DNA of 64,000 nucleotides from Alphaproteobacteria bacterium (GTDB lineage Bacteria; Pseudomonadota; Alphaproteobacteria; MPNO01): NCBI GenBank assembly GCA_965205995.1, contig OZ242200.1, positions 19,233 to 83,232 of the forward strand, read 5' to 3'. Shown piece by piece: positions 17,699 to 27,216 of this stretch (position 1 is its first letter; each line of letters starts with the position of its first letter). The notes under the pieces were generated by a model. It saw only the letters and a program-made list of their open reading frames with translations, ran no database searches and was not told where the DNA came from. The position numbers and the translations under genes were made by a program.

Positions 17699-18538
17699 TC
17701 AGCCGAGCCCGGCCAGGAAGGCGGCCACCGCTGCCGCGGTCTCCCCCGGCTTCTCGATGAACGGGATGTGGCCGCCGCCCGGGATCTCGGCATAGGCGGC
17801 GCCGGGGATTGCCTCGGCGATGATCTTCGAGAACCTGGCCGGAATGAAATAGTCGTTGTCGCCGGTCAGCACCAGCGTCGGGCAGGCGATGGCGCGGATC
17901 TTCTCGGTCCACAGCGTCTCGTCCTCCTGGCCCGGCAGGCGGCACCCCCATGCCAGGATCGAATCGAGGAAGGCGGTGTAGAGGTCGGGCGAATTGGCGC
18001 GCACGTTCTCCTGGTTGGCCCGCATGATGGCGAGCCCTTCCTCGGTGTCCATGAATTCGCGGGTCATGGTCGAGAGCCCCATGAAGTCGGCGAGCTCCTC
18101 GCCCATGCCGATCTTGGCGATGATCTTCTTGCGCAGCGAGAAGTTGAGCTCCATCGCCCGGTCGAGCTCCGAGAACCCGCCGACCACGACGATCGAGCGC
18201 ACCAGCCCGGGATGGCGGACCGCCATCGCCTGCGCCGTCGAGCCGCCGAGCGAGGAGCCGAGCACGTCGACGCTCTCCCACCCCGCCGCGCGCGCGAGCG
18301 CGGCGAAGTCGTCGGCCCAGAGCTCGGAGCCGTAGCGCACCTCCGACGGGTCGTCCTTCCGCGATTGCCCGACGCCGCGCGGATCGACCAGCACGGTCAT
18401 GCAGCTCTCGCGCAGCAGAGGCTCGCCGAGCCGGTAGTAGCGGTGGTCCATGCCAAGCCCGGGCAAGAGGATCAGCGGATGGCCGCTGCCTTGCGCCTCG
18501 TACCAGATCTCGGTGCCGTTTACCGATGCTGTCGGCAT
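17699..18538 (-). CDS. alpha/beta hydrolase
   Basis: ORF trimmed to MPTASVNGTEIWYEAQG (GAGGAGG RBS); GSSLGG nucleophile elbow, HPLILLPGLGMD. Confidence 0.75.
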   Translation of the reverse strand: MPTASVNGTEIWYEAQGSGHPLILLPGLGMDHRYYRLGEPLLRESCMTVLVDPRGVGQSRKDDPSEVRYGSELWADDFAALARAAGWESVDVLGSSLGGSTAQAMAVRHPGLVRSIVVVGGFSELDRAMELNFSLRKKIIAKIGMGEELADFMGLSTMTREFMDTEEGLAIMRANQENVRANSPDLYTAFLDSILAWGCRLPGQEDETLWTEKIRAIACPTLVLTGDNDYFIPARFSKIIAEAIPGAAYAEIPGGGHIPFIEKPGETAAAVAAFLAGLG

Positions 18539-18549
18539 GGTTTTCCTCC

Positions 18550-20892
18550 TCAGCCCGCCGCCGCCCGCAGCGCCCGCCACACCCGGTGCGGGCTCGCCGG
18601 GAGCGGCAGCTCCGTCACCCCGCTTGCCGCGAGCGCATCGAGCACGGCGAGGATCACCGCCGGGTAGGCGCCCCCGTTGCCGGCCTCGCCGCAGCCCTTC
18701 ACGCCGAGCGGGTTGGTCGCGCAGGACACCGGGTGGGTGGCGAAGTCGACCGCCGCCATATGGTCCGCCCGCGGCATCGCATAGTCCATATAGGATCCGG
18801 TCACGAGCTGGCCGTCGTCGTCATAGACCGTGTTCTCCAGCAGCACCTGGCCGAGGCCCTGGGCGATGCCGCCATGCACCTGCCCCTCGACGATCGGCGG
18901 GTTGAGCACGGTGCCGAAATCGTCGACCACGGTGTAGCGCCCGATCGCGGTCTCGCCGGTGTCCGGGTCGATCTCCACCTCGCAGACATGGCAGCCGTTG
19001 GGAAAGCTGATCGGGCTCGTATTGTGCGAGCACTTCGCTCCCGGCCCGCCCGCCAGGTCGTCGGGCAGAGACGGGTTCTCCCGCGCTGCCGCGGCGAGGG
19101 TCATGATGTCCATCGACCGGTCGGTGCCGGCGACCCGGAACGCCCCGCCGGCGAACTCGATATCCTCGGTCGCGGCCTCCATCAGATGGCCGGCGATCGC
19201 CTTGCCGCGCTCGATCACCGCCTCGCTCGCCTCCAGGATGGCGCCGCTGGCGGCGATCGCCGAGCGCGACCCGCCGGATCCGCCGGCGCCCGCGCTCATC
19301 TCGTCGGAATCGTTCTGGATCAGGCGGATCCGCTCGAACGGCACGCCGAGCCGGTCGCTCAGCACCTGCGCGAACGGCGTCGCGTGGCCCATGCCGAAAT
19401 CGCAGGTGCCGGTGACCAGGGTCACCGTCCCGTCGGCCTCGAAGCGGATGTCGGCGAGCTCCGTGCCGGGCGCGGCGGTGGTCTCCAGATAGGGGGCGAT
19501 GCCGAGCCCGCGCAGCCTTCCCGCCGCCTCGCTGGCCCGGCGTCGTTCGGCGAAGCCGGCGACATCGGCGCGCGCCATCGCCTCGTCCATGATGGCTTCG
19601 AAATCGCCCGAATCGTAAACCAGGCCGACCGGAGTCTCGAACGGCATCTGGTCGGGCCGGACCAGGTTGCGCCGGCGCAGCTCGATCCGTTCGATCCCGG
19701 CCTCGGCGGCCGCCTTGTCGATCAGCAGTTCGAGGAAGTATTTCGATTCCGGCCGCCCGGCGCCGCGATAGGGGCCGGTCGGGACGGTGTTGGTGAAGAC
19801 GCATTTGGCGCCGTAGGAGAATAGCGGCGTCTTGTAGACGCTGATGATGTTGCGGCTCACCACCATGGTCACCGGCCAGGGGCCCATTGCGGTGAGGTAC
19901 GCGCCCATGTCGCCGAGCGCGTCGACCTTCAGCGCGAGGAAATTGCCGTCCGCGTCCATGGCCAGCGCGAGGTCGACCGTCATCGCCCTGCCCTGGTGGT
20001 CGGACAGGAAGCTTTCCGAGCGGTCGGCGCACCACTTGACTGGACGGCCGAGCTTGCGCGCCGCATACATCGCGCAGATCGCCTCCGAATAGGCCGCGCC
20101 CTTCATGCCGAAGGAGCCGCCGATGTCGTCGGAGACGACGCGGATCTTCTCCGGCGCGACGCCGAAGATCGCGTTGGCGAGCGTCGCCCGGTAGCCGGCG
20201 ACGCCCTGGCTGCCGACATGGAGGGTGAACTTTTCCGCCTCCGCGTCGTACTGCGCGAGCGCCGCGCGCGGCTCCATCGCGTTGACCACCATGCGGGTGT
20301 TGTCGAGCCGGATGCGGGTTACGTGGTGGGCGCCGGCGAGCGCCGCCTCGACCGCCTCCTCGTCGCCCATGTGGAAGTCGAGGAAGACATTGCCGGGGGA
20401 GGCGTCCCAGAGCTGCGGGGCGTCGGCCTGGAGCGCCCGTTCGACGGTCGCGGCGGCGGGCAAAAGCGAGACCTCGAACGGGATGGCCTCCGCCGCGTCG
20501 CGCGCCTGGGCGAGGGTCTCGGCGATCACCACCGCCACCGGATCGCCGACATGGCGCACCCGCCCGATCGAGAGCGCCGGGCGCGGCGGCACGTTGGGCG
20601 CCGATCCGTCGCGGTTCTTCATCGGCACCGGGCAGGGGATCTGGCCGATGCCGTCGGCTTCGAGGTCGGCGCCGGTATAGACCGCGAGCACGCCGGGCGC
20701 GCCGGCTACGGCGGCGGCGTCGAGCGCGGCGATCTCGCCATGCCCCGCGGTCGAGCGCAGGAACACGGCATAGGCCTGGCCCGGCGCGTTGTAGTCGTCG
20801 GTGTAGCGCCCGCCGCCGGAGAGCAGGCGCGGGTCCTCGGATCTCGGGACCGGCTGGCCGATCCCGAATTTGAGCACGCTGTCGTCGGGCAT
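18550..20892 (-). CDS. xanthine dehydrogenase family molybdopterin-binding subunit (CoxL/aldehyde oxidase large-subunit type), no adjacent small/medium subunits
   Basis: 780 aa after trimming 1092-aa ORF to MPDDSVLKFGIGQPVPRSEDPRLLSGGGRYTDDY; AYRGAGR-type loop (GPYRGAGRPE), GxxGQGxxT-like region, Mo-pterin binding C-terminus. Confidence 0.85.
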   Translation of the reverse strand: MPDDSVLKFGIGQPVPRSEDPRLLSGGGRYTDDYNAPGQAYAVFLRSTAGHGEIAALDAAAVAGAPGVLAVYTGADLEADGIGQIPCPVPMKNRDGSAPNVPPRPALSIGRVRHVGDPVAVVIAETLAQARDAAEAIPFEVSLLPAAATVERALQADAPQLWDASPGNVFLDFHMGDEEAVEAALAGAHHVTRIRLDNTRMVVNAMEPRAALAQYDAEAEKFTLHVGSQGVAGYRATLANAIFGVAPEKIRVVSDDIGGSFGMKGAAYSEAICAMYAARKLGRPVKWCADRSESFLSDHQGRAMTVDLALAMDADGNFLALKVDALGDMGAYLTAMGPWPVTMVVSRNIISVYKTPLFSYGAKCVFTNTVPTGPYRGAGRPESKYFLELLIDKAAAEAGIERIELRRRNLVRPDQMPFETPVGLVYDSGDFEAIMDEAMARADVAGFAERRRASEAAGRLRGLGIAPYLETTAAPGTELADIRFEADGTVTLVTGTCDFGMGHATPFAQVLSDRLGVPFERIRLIQNDSDEMSAGAGGSGGSRSAIAASGAILEASEAVIERGKAIAGHLMEAATEDIEFAGGAFRVAGTDRSMDIMTLAAAARENPSLPDDLAGGPGAKCSHNTSPISFPNGCHVCEVEIDPDTGETAIGRYTVVDDFGTVLNPPIVEGQVHGGIAQGLGQVLLENTVYDDDGQLVTGSYMDYAMPRADHMAAVDFATHPVSCATNPLGVKGCGEAGNGGAYPAVILAVLDALAASGVTELPLPASPHRVWRALRAAAG

Positions 20893-20969
20893 CGCAATCC
20901 ATTCGTCGTTATGTGGGGACGGGCGGCCCTCGGACCGCCCGGCGGGTGTCGTCTCGCGGGTGGGGCGCG

Positions 20970-21680
20970 CTATTCGGCGGCTGCTTCCTCGTTGCGGCGC
21001 GTCGAGGCTTCGAGCCGGGCGATCAGCTCGTCGGTCTCCTGCACGTCGCCGAAATGGAGGTAGAAATTGCCGAGCGCGGCGGCATGCTCCGAATCGCTCA
21101 TCGTCGCGCAGCCGTCCGAGACCATCAGCGAGCGGTAGTTGAGCATCATCGCGTCGCGCGCCGTCGATTCGCAGCACACGTTGGTCGCCACCCCGGTGAC
21201 GACGATGGTTTCGATCTCGTGGTCGCGCAGCACGTTCTCGATATTGGACGAGCCCTGGATGAAGGCGCTGAACCGCCGCTTGACGACGATCTCGTCCTCG
21301 TCGCGCACGTCGAGCGTGGGCCACAGCTGGAACGCCCGAGAATCGCGCTGCATGGCGTTCAGCCGTTGTTCGCGCTTCTCCGGCAGAAACCGCTCGTGGG
21401 TGACCGACCAGCTCTTGAGCGACTCCCTGCTCGCCAGGTTCTGCAACCAGATCACCTTGCCGCCGGCATTCCGCACCGCTTCGGCGAGGCGGTTCACGTT
21501 GGGCACGATCTCCTGCGCGACCGGCGCCGCGCCGAGCTGGCCCTCCTCCATGAAATAGATCTGCATGTCGACCGCCACCAGCGCCGTCTTCGCGCCGTCG
21601 AAGGTCTCGCAGGTATGCGGCCGGCCCTGGCGTTCGACCATCCGGTCGACATATTCCTTGGGCATCTCGAATGGGTGCAT
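20970..21680 (-). CDS. isochorismatase-family cysteine hydrolase (amidase; NicF/PicF-like by family)
   Basis: 236 aa; TALVAVDMQIYF start of isochorismatase fold, catalytic Cys region VTGVATNVCCEST; GGGAGG RBS. Confidence 0.8.
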   Translation of the reverse strand: MHPFEMPKEYVDRMVERQGRPHTCETFDGAKTALVAVDMQIYFMEEGQLGAAPVAQEIVPNVNRLAEAVRNAGGKVIWLQNLASRESLKSWSVTHERFLPEKREQRLNAMQRDSRAFQLWPTLDVRDEDEIVVKRRFSAFIQGSSNIENVLRDHEIETIVVTGVATNVCCESTARDAMMLNYRSLMVSDGCATMSDSEHAAALGNFYLHFGDVQETDELIARLEASTRRNEEAAAE

Positions 21681-21830
21681 CGGCGCCTCCCCGGTTGGCT
21701 GGATCGACTATAGGACCGCCGTCCCCGGCCGGCAATCGCGCGGTCCCGGGCGGCCTTAAGCCGTTGACATAACGCCCAAGTTGAAAGCTACTCGGGTCCC
21801 GAATGCTGGCCGGGTACGGTGAGGTCACCC

Positions 21831-23192
21831 ATGCGTCGACATGGCCGGAGGCTTCTCATCCTGCTTCCCCTCGCCTTGGGGGCGCTGGCCGTGGCGCTCG
21901 CGCTCGGCAGCCGCGAGGGACCCCGGCGCGTCGTGCCCGAGGAGCGGGTGACCGCGGTTCGTATCGTGACGGCGCCGGCCGTGGATGTGATGCCGCGGGC
22001 GCTCGGCTACGGGAGCGTGAAGCCAGCAAGGGTTTGGCAGGCCGTGGCCGAGGTGAGCGGGACCGTTACCTTTCGTCACCCGGAACTCGAGAAGGGCGCC
22101 ATTCTCGCGTCCGGCACGGAACTGCTGCGCATCGATCCCACGGACTATCGTCTGGCGGTTGCCCAGATCGAGGCCAACATCCGCGCGGTGGAGGCCCAGC
22201 TCGCGGTGCTGGACGTGCGTTCCGTCAACACCGGGCGTTTGCTCGCGATAGAAGAGTGAAGCTGGGACCTCGGCCGCAGGGAACTCGACCGCAAGCGGCA
22301 GCTCTTGCGCAAGAGCACCATCTCGGAGGCCGCGGTGGATCGGGAAGAGCGGTCGCTCCTCGCCGGAGAGCAAGCGGTACAGAACCTGCGCAATGCGATG
22401 AAACTGTTGCCCGCCGAACGCTCGGTGCTGGAAGCGACGCGCGGCCAGCTTGAGGCTCAGCTGGAGGCGGCGCGGCGAAACCTGAGCCGTACCAGGATCG
22501 CCGCTCCCTTCAACAGCCGCATCGCAGCGGCCAATGTCGAACAAGCGCAGTTCGCTACCCAGGGACAGGTCCTGGTGGTCGCAGACAGCCTCGACGTGGC
22601 GGAGGTCACCGCCCAGATCCCGGTCGGCAGCATGCTCAAGCTTTTCCCACCCGGTATCGAATTCCCGGGCGACGTGCACGCGATCATGCCGCGGCTTCGC
22701 GAGGCGGCGGAGCTCAAGGCCGTCGTCCGCCTCCGCACCGGCGGCGTCGACACCGAGTGGACCGCGCGGTTCTCGAGAATCAGCGATACCGTGGACCCGC
22801 GCACGCGCACCATGGGCGTTACCGTCGCGGTCGACGACCCGTATGGACAGGCGGAGTCGGGCAGGCGACCGCCTTTGGTGAAGAACATGTATGTCGAGGT
22901 GGAGGTCCGCGGACGGCCACGCCCCGCGGCGGTGGTCATCCCGCGGGCCGCACTCCACGGCACCCGGGTGCGCACCGTCGGCTCCGACAACCGGCTGAAC
23001 ATTCGCGAGATCGGGGTGGACTTCGTGCAGACCGATTTCGCGGTCGTGGGCTCGGGCCTTGCGGCCGGCGAGCGGGTGGTCGTCTCCGACCTGCCGTTTG
23101 CCGTCGAAGGCATGCGGTTGGCGCCGGTCGAGGACAAGGCTGCGCTGGAGGCTCTTGTCTCCCAGGCTCTCGGCGCCACCCCGGTGCAATGA
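21831..23192 (+). pseudogene. RND efflux periplasmic adaptor (MFP/HlyD family) interrupted by in-frame TGA at 22257..22259
   Basis: ORFs 21819..22259 and 22305..23192 are in the same frame (22305-21819=486); the reading frame stays open and MFP-like through the stop (…RLLAIEE*SWDLGRRELDRKRQLLRKSTISEAAVDREERSLLAGEQAV…); N-terminal TM anchor, coiled-coil hairpin, beta-barrel and MP domains all present. Confidence 0.6.
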
Positions 23193-23199
23193 CCGGCCC

Positions 23200-26100
23200 A
23201 TGATCCGGTTCTTCGCCGCCCACCCGACCGCCGCCAACCTGCTGATGGCAGCTCTCCTCCTGCTGGGCCTCGCCTTCGCGTCGTCCATCAAGCGCGAGAC
23301 GTTCCCCGACATCCCGGCGAGGTCGGTCGAGATTCGCGTTCCCTTCCCGGGAGCGGCGGCGGAGGACGTCGAAGAGGCCATCTGCCGGCGGATCGAGGAC
23401 GCCGCCGAGGGCATCGAGAACCGGGAAGAGACCCGCTGCGAGGCCCGCGAAGGGGTCGCCATCGCCGTCCTTGTCATGCGCGAGGGGGGCGATCTCGACC
23501 GCTTTCTCGACGATATCAAGACAAAGGTCGATGCCGTCGCCGACTTTCCCGACGCGGCGGAGGACCCTGTCGTGCGGCAATTGGGACGTTCGGACTTCGT
23601 CGCCTTCGTCGCCGTGGCGGGCCCGTTGCGGCCGGAAAGCCTGAAAGCCTATGCCGAACGCATGAAAGACGACCTCCTGGCAATCCCGGGGGTGGCCCAG
23701 GTCAATATTCGAGGCTTCTCGCAACGCCAGATTCGCATCGAGGTTCCGGCCTCCTCGATGCGCCAGTTCGGCCTCAGTATTCGCGACCTCGCGGATGCGG
23801 TCGCGGCGCAGAGCATCAAGCTGCCGGTAGGAACCGTCGAGACACGCGATTCCACCGTATTGATCCGGTTCGACGACGAACGTCGGCGGCCCCGGGACTT
23901 CGACGGGCTCGTGGTGGTGGCCTCGGAGAGCGGGGCGGCGATCCGGCTCGGCGACATCGCCGTCATCGCCGATCGCTTCGAACATGAAGAGGACAAGGCC
24001 TTCTTCAACGGCCAACGCGCCGCCTTCCTCGCCGTGGAGAAGAGCAAGGGCGCCGACATCCTCGACATCATCGACGCTCTCGGCTCCTATCTCGACGGCG
24101 AACGCGGGCGCGCGCCGCCGGGCATGGTCTTCGAGATCACGCGCGACGTGGCCTCCATCGTCCGCGATCGGCTCACCATGCTGTTGAACAACGGGCTCCA
24201 GGGGCTGGGGCTGGTGTTCCTGGTGATGTGGTTGTTCTTCGGGCTGCGCTACTCGTTCTGGGTCGCGGCAGGCCTGCCCGTGGCGTTCATGGGGACGATC
24301 GCCGGCATGGCGGCGCTCGGCTACTCCTTCGACATGATCACCATGGTGGCTCTGCTGATCGCGGTCGGCCTGTTGATGGACGACGCGATCGTGATCGCGG
24401 ACAACGTCGCCCGCCATCGCCACGAGGGGCTCGCTCCGGTGGACGCAGCGGTCGTCGGGGTGAGGGAGGTCGCGCCGGGCGTGCTCGCATCCTTCTTCAC
24501 CACCGTCAGCGTGTTCGGCGCGCTCGCCTTCCTCAAGGGAGACATCGGGTCGATTCTCAAAGTTCTCCCGGTGATCCTGATCCTCACCCTGTCGTTCAGC
24601 CTGGTGGAGGCGTTCCTCATCCTGCCCCACCATTTGATGCGGACGATGCGAACCGCCGATCGATCCAGGCGCGAAGGCTTCCGCGCCCGATTCGATGCCG
24701 GTCTCGGCCGCTTCACCGAGGCCTATGTGGGGCGGCTGGTCGATGCGGCGGTCTCGTGGCGCTATCTGACGGTGGGGCTGATCCTCGGCCTGTTGCTCGC
24801 CTCCGTGGCGATGCTGGCCGGCGGGGTACTCAAGTTCACCGCCTTCCCCGACATCGAAGGCGACGTGGTCGAGGCCCGGCTGCTGCTGCCCCAGGGAACG
24901 CCCCTGATCCGGACCGAGGCGGCGGTCGACCGCGTGGTCGAGGCGGTCCGGGCGGTGGGCGGGGAGCTTTCCGCCGAGCGGCCCGACGGGCGGAACCTGG
25001 TGCGCAATATCGGGGTGCAGTTCAACCGCAACGAGGACGCCCACGAATCCGGAGCGCATATCGCGACCGTGACCGTCGACCTGCTTCAGTCCGAGCTGCG
25101 CGGGGCAAGCCTGGACGAGGTGATCGAGCGGTGGCGGGCCAAAGTGGGAGAGATGCCCGACGTCATCTCGCTCAAGTTCACCGAACCCCTGATCGGGCCG
25201 GCCGGGAGAGCCATCGACATCCGGCTTCTGGGCGAGGATCTGGGAGAGCTCAAGACCGCTTCGGCCGCGGTCCTCGAATGGCTCCGCGGCTATCGCGGAG
25301 TGTTCAACCTGTCCGACGACTTGCGTCCCGGCAAGCCGGAGGCGCGGCTTCGCTTGCGCGACGACGCCCTGGCCCTCGGGGTCAGCGCGTCCGCGGTGGC
25401 GGGTCAATTGCGGGCCGCGTTTCACGGCCGTATTGCGGCGGAGGTCCGCGTGGGGCCGGAAGACTACGAGGTCGACATCCGTCTCGCCGGCCGGGACCGC
25501 GACAGCCTGGCGGACCTCGCCCATTTCACCGTCACCCTCCCGGCCGGCGAGCAGGTCCCGCTGGACGCGGTGGCGGTGCTGGAGTTCGGCCGGGGCTACG
25601 CCCGTATCCACCGCATCGACGGACGACGGGCGGTCACCATTCAGGGCGATCTGGACCCGCGGGTCGCCAATGCCGGCGAACTCATCGCCGACACCCGGTC
25701 GCGGCTCATGCCGGATTTGCTGGCCCGATACCCGGGATTGACGTTCGAGCTCGAGGGCCAGGCGGAGCAGACCGCGGTCACCGGGGCTTCCCTGCAGCGG
25801 AACTTCCTCCTCGGCCTCGCCGCCGTCTTCCTGCTCCTGTGCTTCCAGTTCCGCAGCTACTTCGAGCCGATCGTGGTGATGGCGGCGATCCCGGCGGGGC
25901 TGGTGGGGGTGATCTGGGGCCACTGGGCGCTCGGTCTCGACCTGTCGATGCCGAGCATGGTGGGATTCGCGTCCCTGGCCGGCGTGGTGGTCAACAACTC
26001 GATCGTGCTGGTGGCGTTCATCAAGCACCACCGGCGCGGCGGAGAGTCCGTGCCCGACGCGGCGCGGCGGGCCGCCCGGCAACGGTTTCGAGCGATTCTG

Positions 26101-26334
26101 CTTACCTCTCTCACCACGGTGGCCGGGGTGTTGCCCCTGCTGACGGAAACCAGCCTCCAGGCCCAGGTGCTGATTCCGCTCGTCACCAGCCTCGGGTTCG
26201 GCCTTGCGGCCGCCACCTTCCAGGTGCTGTTCCTGGTGCCGGCGCTGTACGCGATCCTCGATGACTTCGGGCTGACGGAAAGTGCCGGGCCGTCGCCCGA
26301 GGACGATGCGGCCGATACCGCGGAACCTGCGTGA
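23200..26334 (+). CDS. RND efflux transporter permease (AcrB/CzcA superfamily)
   Basis: 1044 aa from MIRFFAAHPTAANLLMAALLLLGLAF; 12 TM helices with two large periplasmic loops; starts 8 nt after adaptor stop. Confidence 0.9.
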   Translation: MIRFFAAHPTAANLLMAALLLLGLAFASSIKRETFPDIPARSVEIRVPFPGAAAEDVEEAICRRIEDAAEGIENREETRCEAREGVAIAVLVMREGGDLDRFLDDIKTKVDAVADFPDAAEDPVVRQLGRSDFVAFVAVAGPLRPESLKAYAERMKDDLLAIPGVAQVNIRGFSQRQIRIEVPASSMRQFGLSIRDLADAVAAQSIKLPVGTVETRDSTVLIRFDDERRRPRDFDGLVVVASESGAAIRLGDIAVIADRFEHEEDKAFFNGQRAAFLAVEKSKGADILDIIDALGSYLDGERGRAPPGMVFEITRDVASIVRDRLTMLLNNGLQGLGLVFLVMWLFFGLRYSFWVAAGLPVAFMGTIAGMAALGYSFDMITMVALLIAVGLLMDDAIVIADNVARHRHEGLAPVDAAVVGVREVAPGVLASFFTTVSVFGALAFLKGDIGSILKVLPVILILTLSFSLVEAFLILPHHLMRTMRTADRSRREGFRARFDAGLGRFTEAYVGRLVDAAVSWRYLTVGLILGLLLASVAMLAGGVLKFTAFPDIEGDVVEARLLLPQGTPLIRTEAAVDRVVEAVRAVGGELSAERPDGRNLVRNIGVQFNRNEDAHESGAHIATVTVDLLQSELRGASLDEVIERWRAKVGEMPDVISLKFTEPLIGPAGRAIDIRLLGEDLGELKTASAAVLEWLRGYRGVFNLSDDLRPGKPEARLRLRDDALALGVSASAVAGQLRAAFHGRIAAEVRVGPEDYEVDIRLAGRDRDSLADLAHFTVTLPAGEQVPLDAVAVLEFGRGYARIHRIDGRRAVTIQGDLDPRVANAGELIADTRSRLMPDLLARYPGLTFELEGQAEQTAVTGASLQRNFLLGLAAVFLLLCFQFRSYFEPIVVMAAIPAGLVGVIWGHWALGLDLSMPSMVGFASLAGVVVNNSIVLVAFIKHHRRGGESVPDAARRAARQRFRAILLTSLTTVAGVLPLLTETSLQAQVLIPLVTSLGFGLAAATFQVLFLVPALYAILDDFGLTESAGPSPEDDAADTAEPA

Positions 26335-26534
26335 CGGGCACGGGCGCGTGCCGCCGGGCCGGGAGCAGCGCGAACCGACCCCCACCCGCCGTTGCGGCCC
26401 GCCCGGCCTTGCAAGTCCGAAGGATTCTCTGCCACCATGGCGCGCGATGCCGATGCGGTCTGCCTGCGGCCCCCGGGCGGCGGCGGATCGCCGCGGATCG
26501 CCAATGAAGACGCAGAACGATCACGGGGACGGCC

Positions 26535-27161
26535 ATGAGCGATTCCAGCCAGGATAACGGCTCGGCTTTGGGGCGGGTTTTCAGCGCTTTGGAGCGGGTT
26601 GTCGGCTTTTTGGACCCTGGTGTAAGGGCCGGGGTGGTCACCCTGCCGCGGTTGATCATCGGCGGGCTGATCCTGTTCGGGATCGCGGTCAACTTCGCCA
26701 ACGTGCTGGGCCGCTATCTGTTCCTCGCGCCGATCGTCTGGGCCGAGGAAATCATGATCTACTCGATGGTCTGGATGGTGTTTATCGGCGCGGTGCTGGT
26801 GAGCTGGGACGGCCACCATCTGAAGATGGATTTCTTCTCGATCATGCTGCCGTCGCCGTTCAAGGAGATCATGAATTTCTCGGGCGTCTTCTGCTTCCTC
26901 ATCGTGGCCATCTTCGTGCTGCCCCAGACCTTCACGGTGACCGAGCTGATGTTCCGCCTCGACCAGCGCAGCGTGGTGGCGGAGATCCCGATGGTGATCC
27001 CGCATTTCGCCATCCTGCTGGGATTCATCATGATGTTCGTGGTCATCGTCTGGCGTTTCAGGCGGCTGGTCAGGGGGGACCTCACCAGCGAGGTCGAGGA
27101 CCTGGTCGCGGCGACCGAACACCAACCCGAAATACCCCTCAACAGGGGGGCCTCCGGCTGA
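26535..27161 (+). CDS. TRAP transporter small permease (DctQ)
   Basis: 208 aa, 4 TM helices, DctQ-like. Confidence 0.75.
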   Translation: MSDSSQDNGSALGRVFSALERVVGFLDPGVRAGVVTLPRLIIGGLILFGIAVNFANVLGRYLFLAPIVWAEEIMIYSMVWMVFIGAVLVSWDGHHLKMDFFSIMLPSPFKEIMNFSGVFCFLIVAIFVLPQTFTVTELMFRLDQRSVVAEIPMVIPHFAILLGFIMMFVVIVWRFRRLVRGDLTSEVEDLVAATEHQPEIPLNRGASG

Positions 27162-27216
27162 ACGCCGCTTTCGGCGTTAGCGGAAAATAAAGCACAGGGT
27201 TTCAGGGAGACAGGGT

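Noticed and set aside
21740-21830. TTGACA-containing putative promoter upstream of the RND adaptor
   Set aside because: A -35-like hexamer is present (TTGACA at about 21755) but no convincing -10 at proper spacing. Left unannotated.
22257-22259. Selenocysteine (UGA recoding) in the RND adaptor
   Set aside because: No SECIS-like stem-loop immediately downstream. MFP family proteins are not known selenoproteins. Nonsense mutation or sequencing error is more parsimonious.
22936-26385. 1149-aa minus-strand ORF antisense to the RND permease, and similar long ORFs at 1736..3727 (+), 3674..4645 (-), 4913..6526 (-), 7298..8482 (-), 7959..9407 (-), 10905..12788 (-), 18526..19824 (+), 34822..37209 (+), 34862..36262 (-), 41912..43609 (-), 43844..45208 (+), 49594..51252 (+), 62749..63918 (-)
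   Set aside because: Arg/Ala/Gly/Pro-rich low-complexity translations typical of stop-codon-poor antisense frames in about 70% GC DNA. Each overlaps a well-supported gene with recognisable domains on the opposite strand or in another frame.
26480-26505. Short direct repeat GCGGATCGCC x2 upstream of dctQ
   Set aside because: Only two 10-nt units in GC-rich DNA, easily a chance occurrence. No supporting structure.
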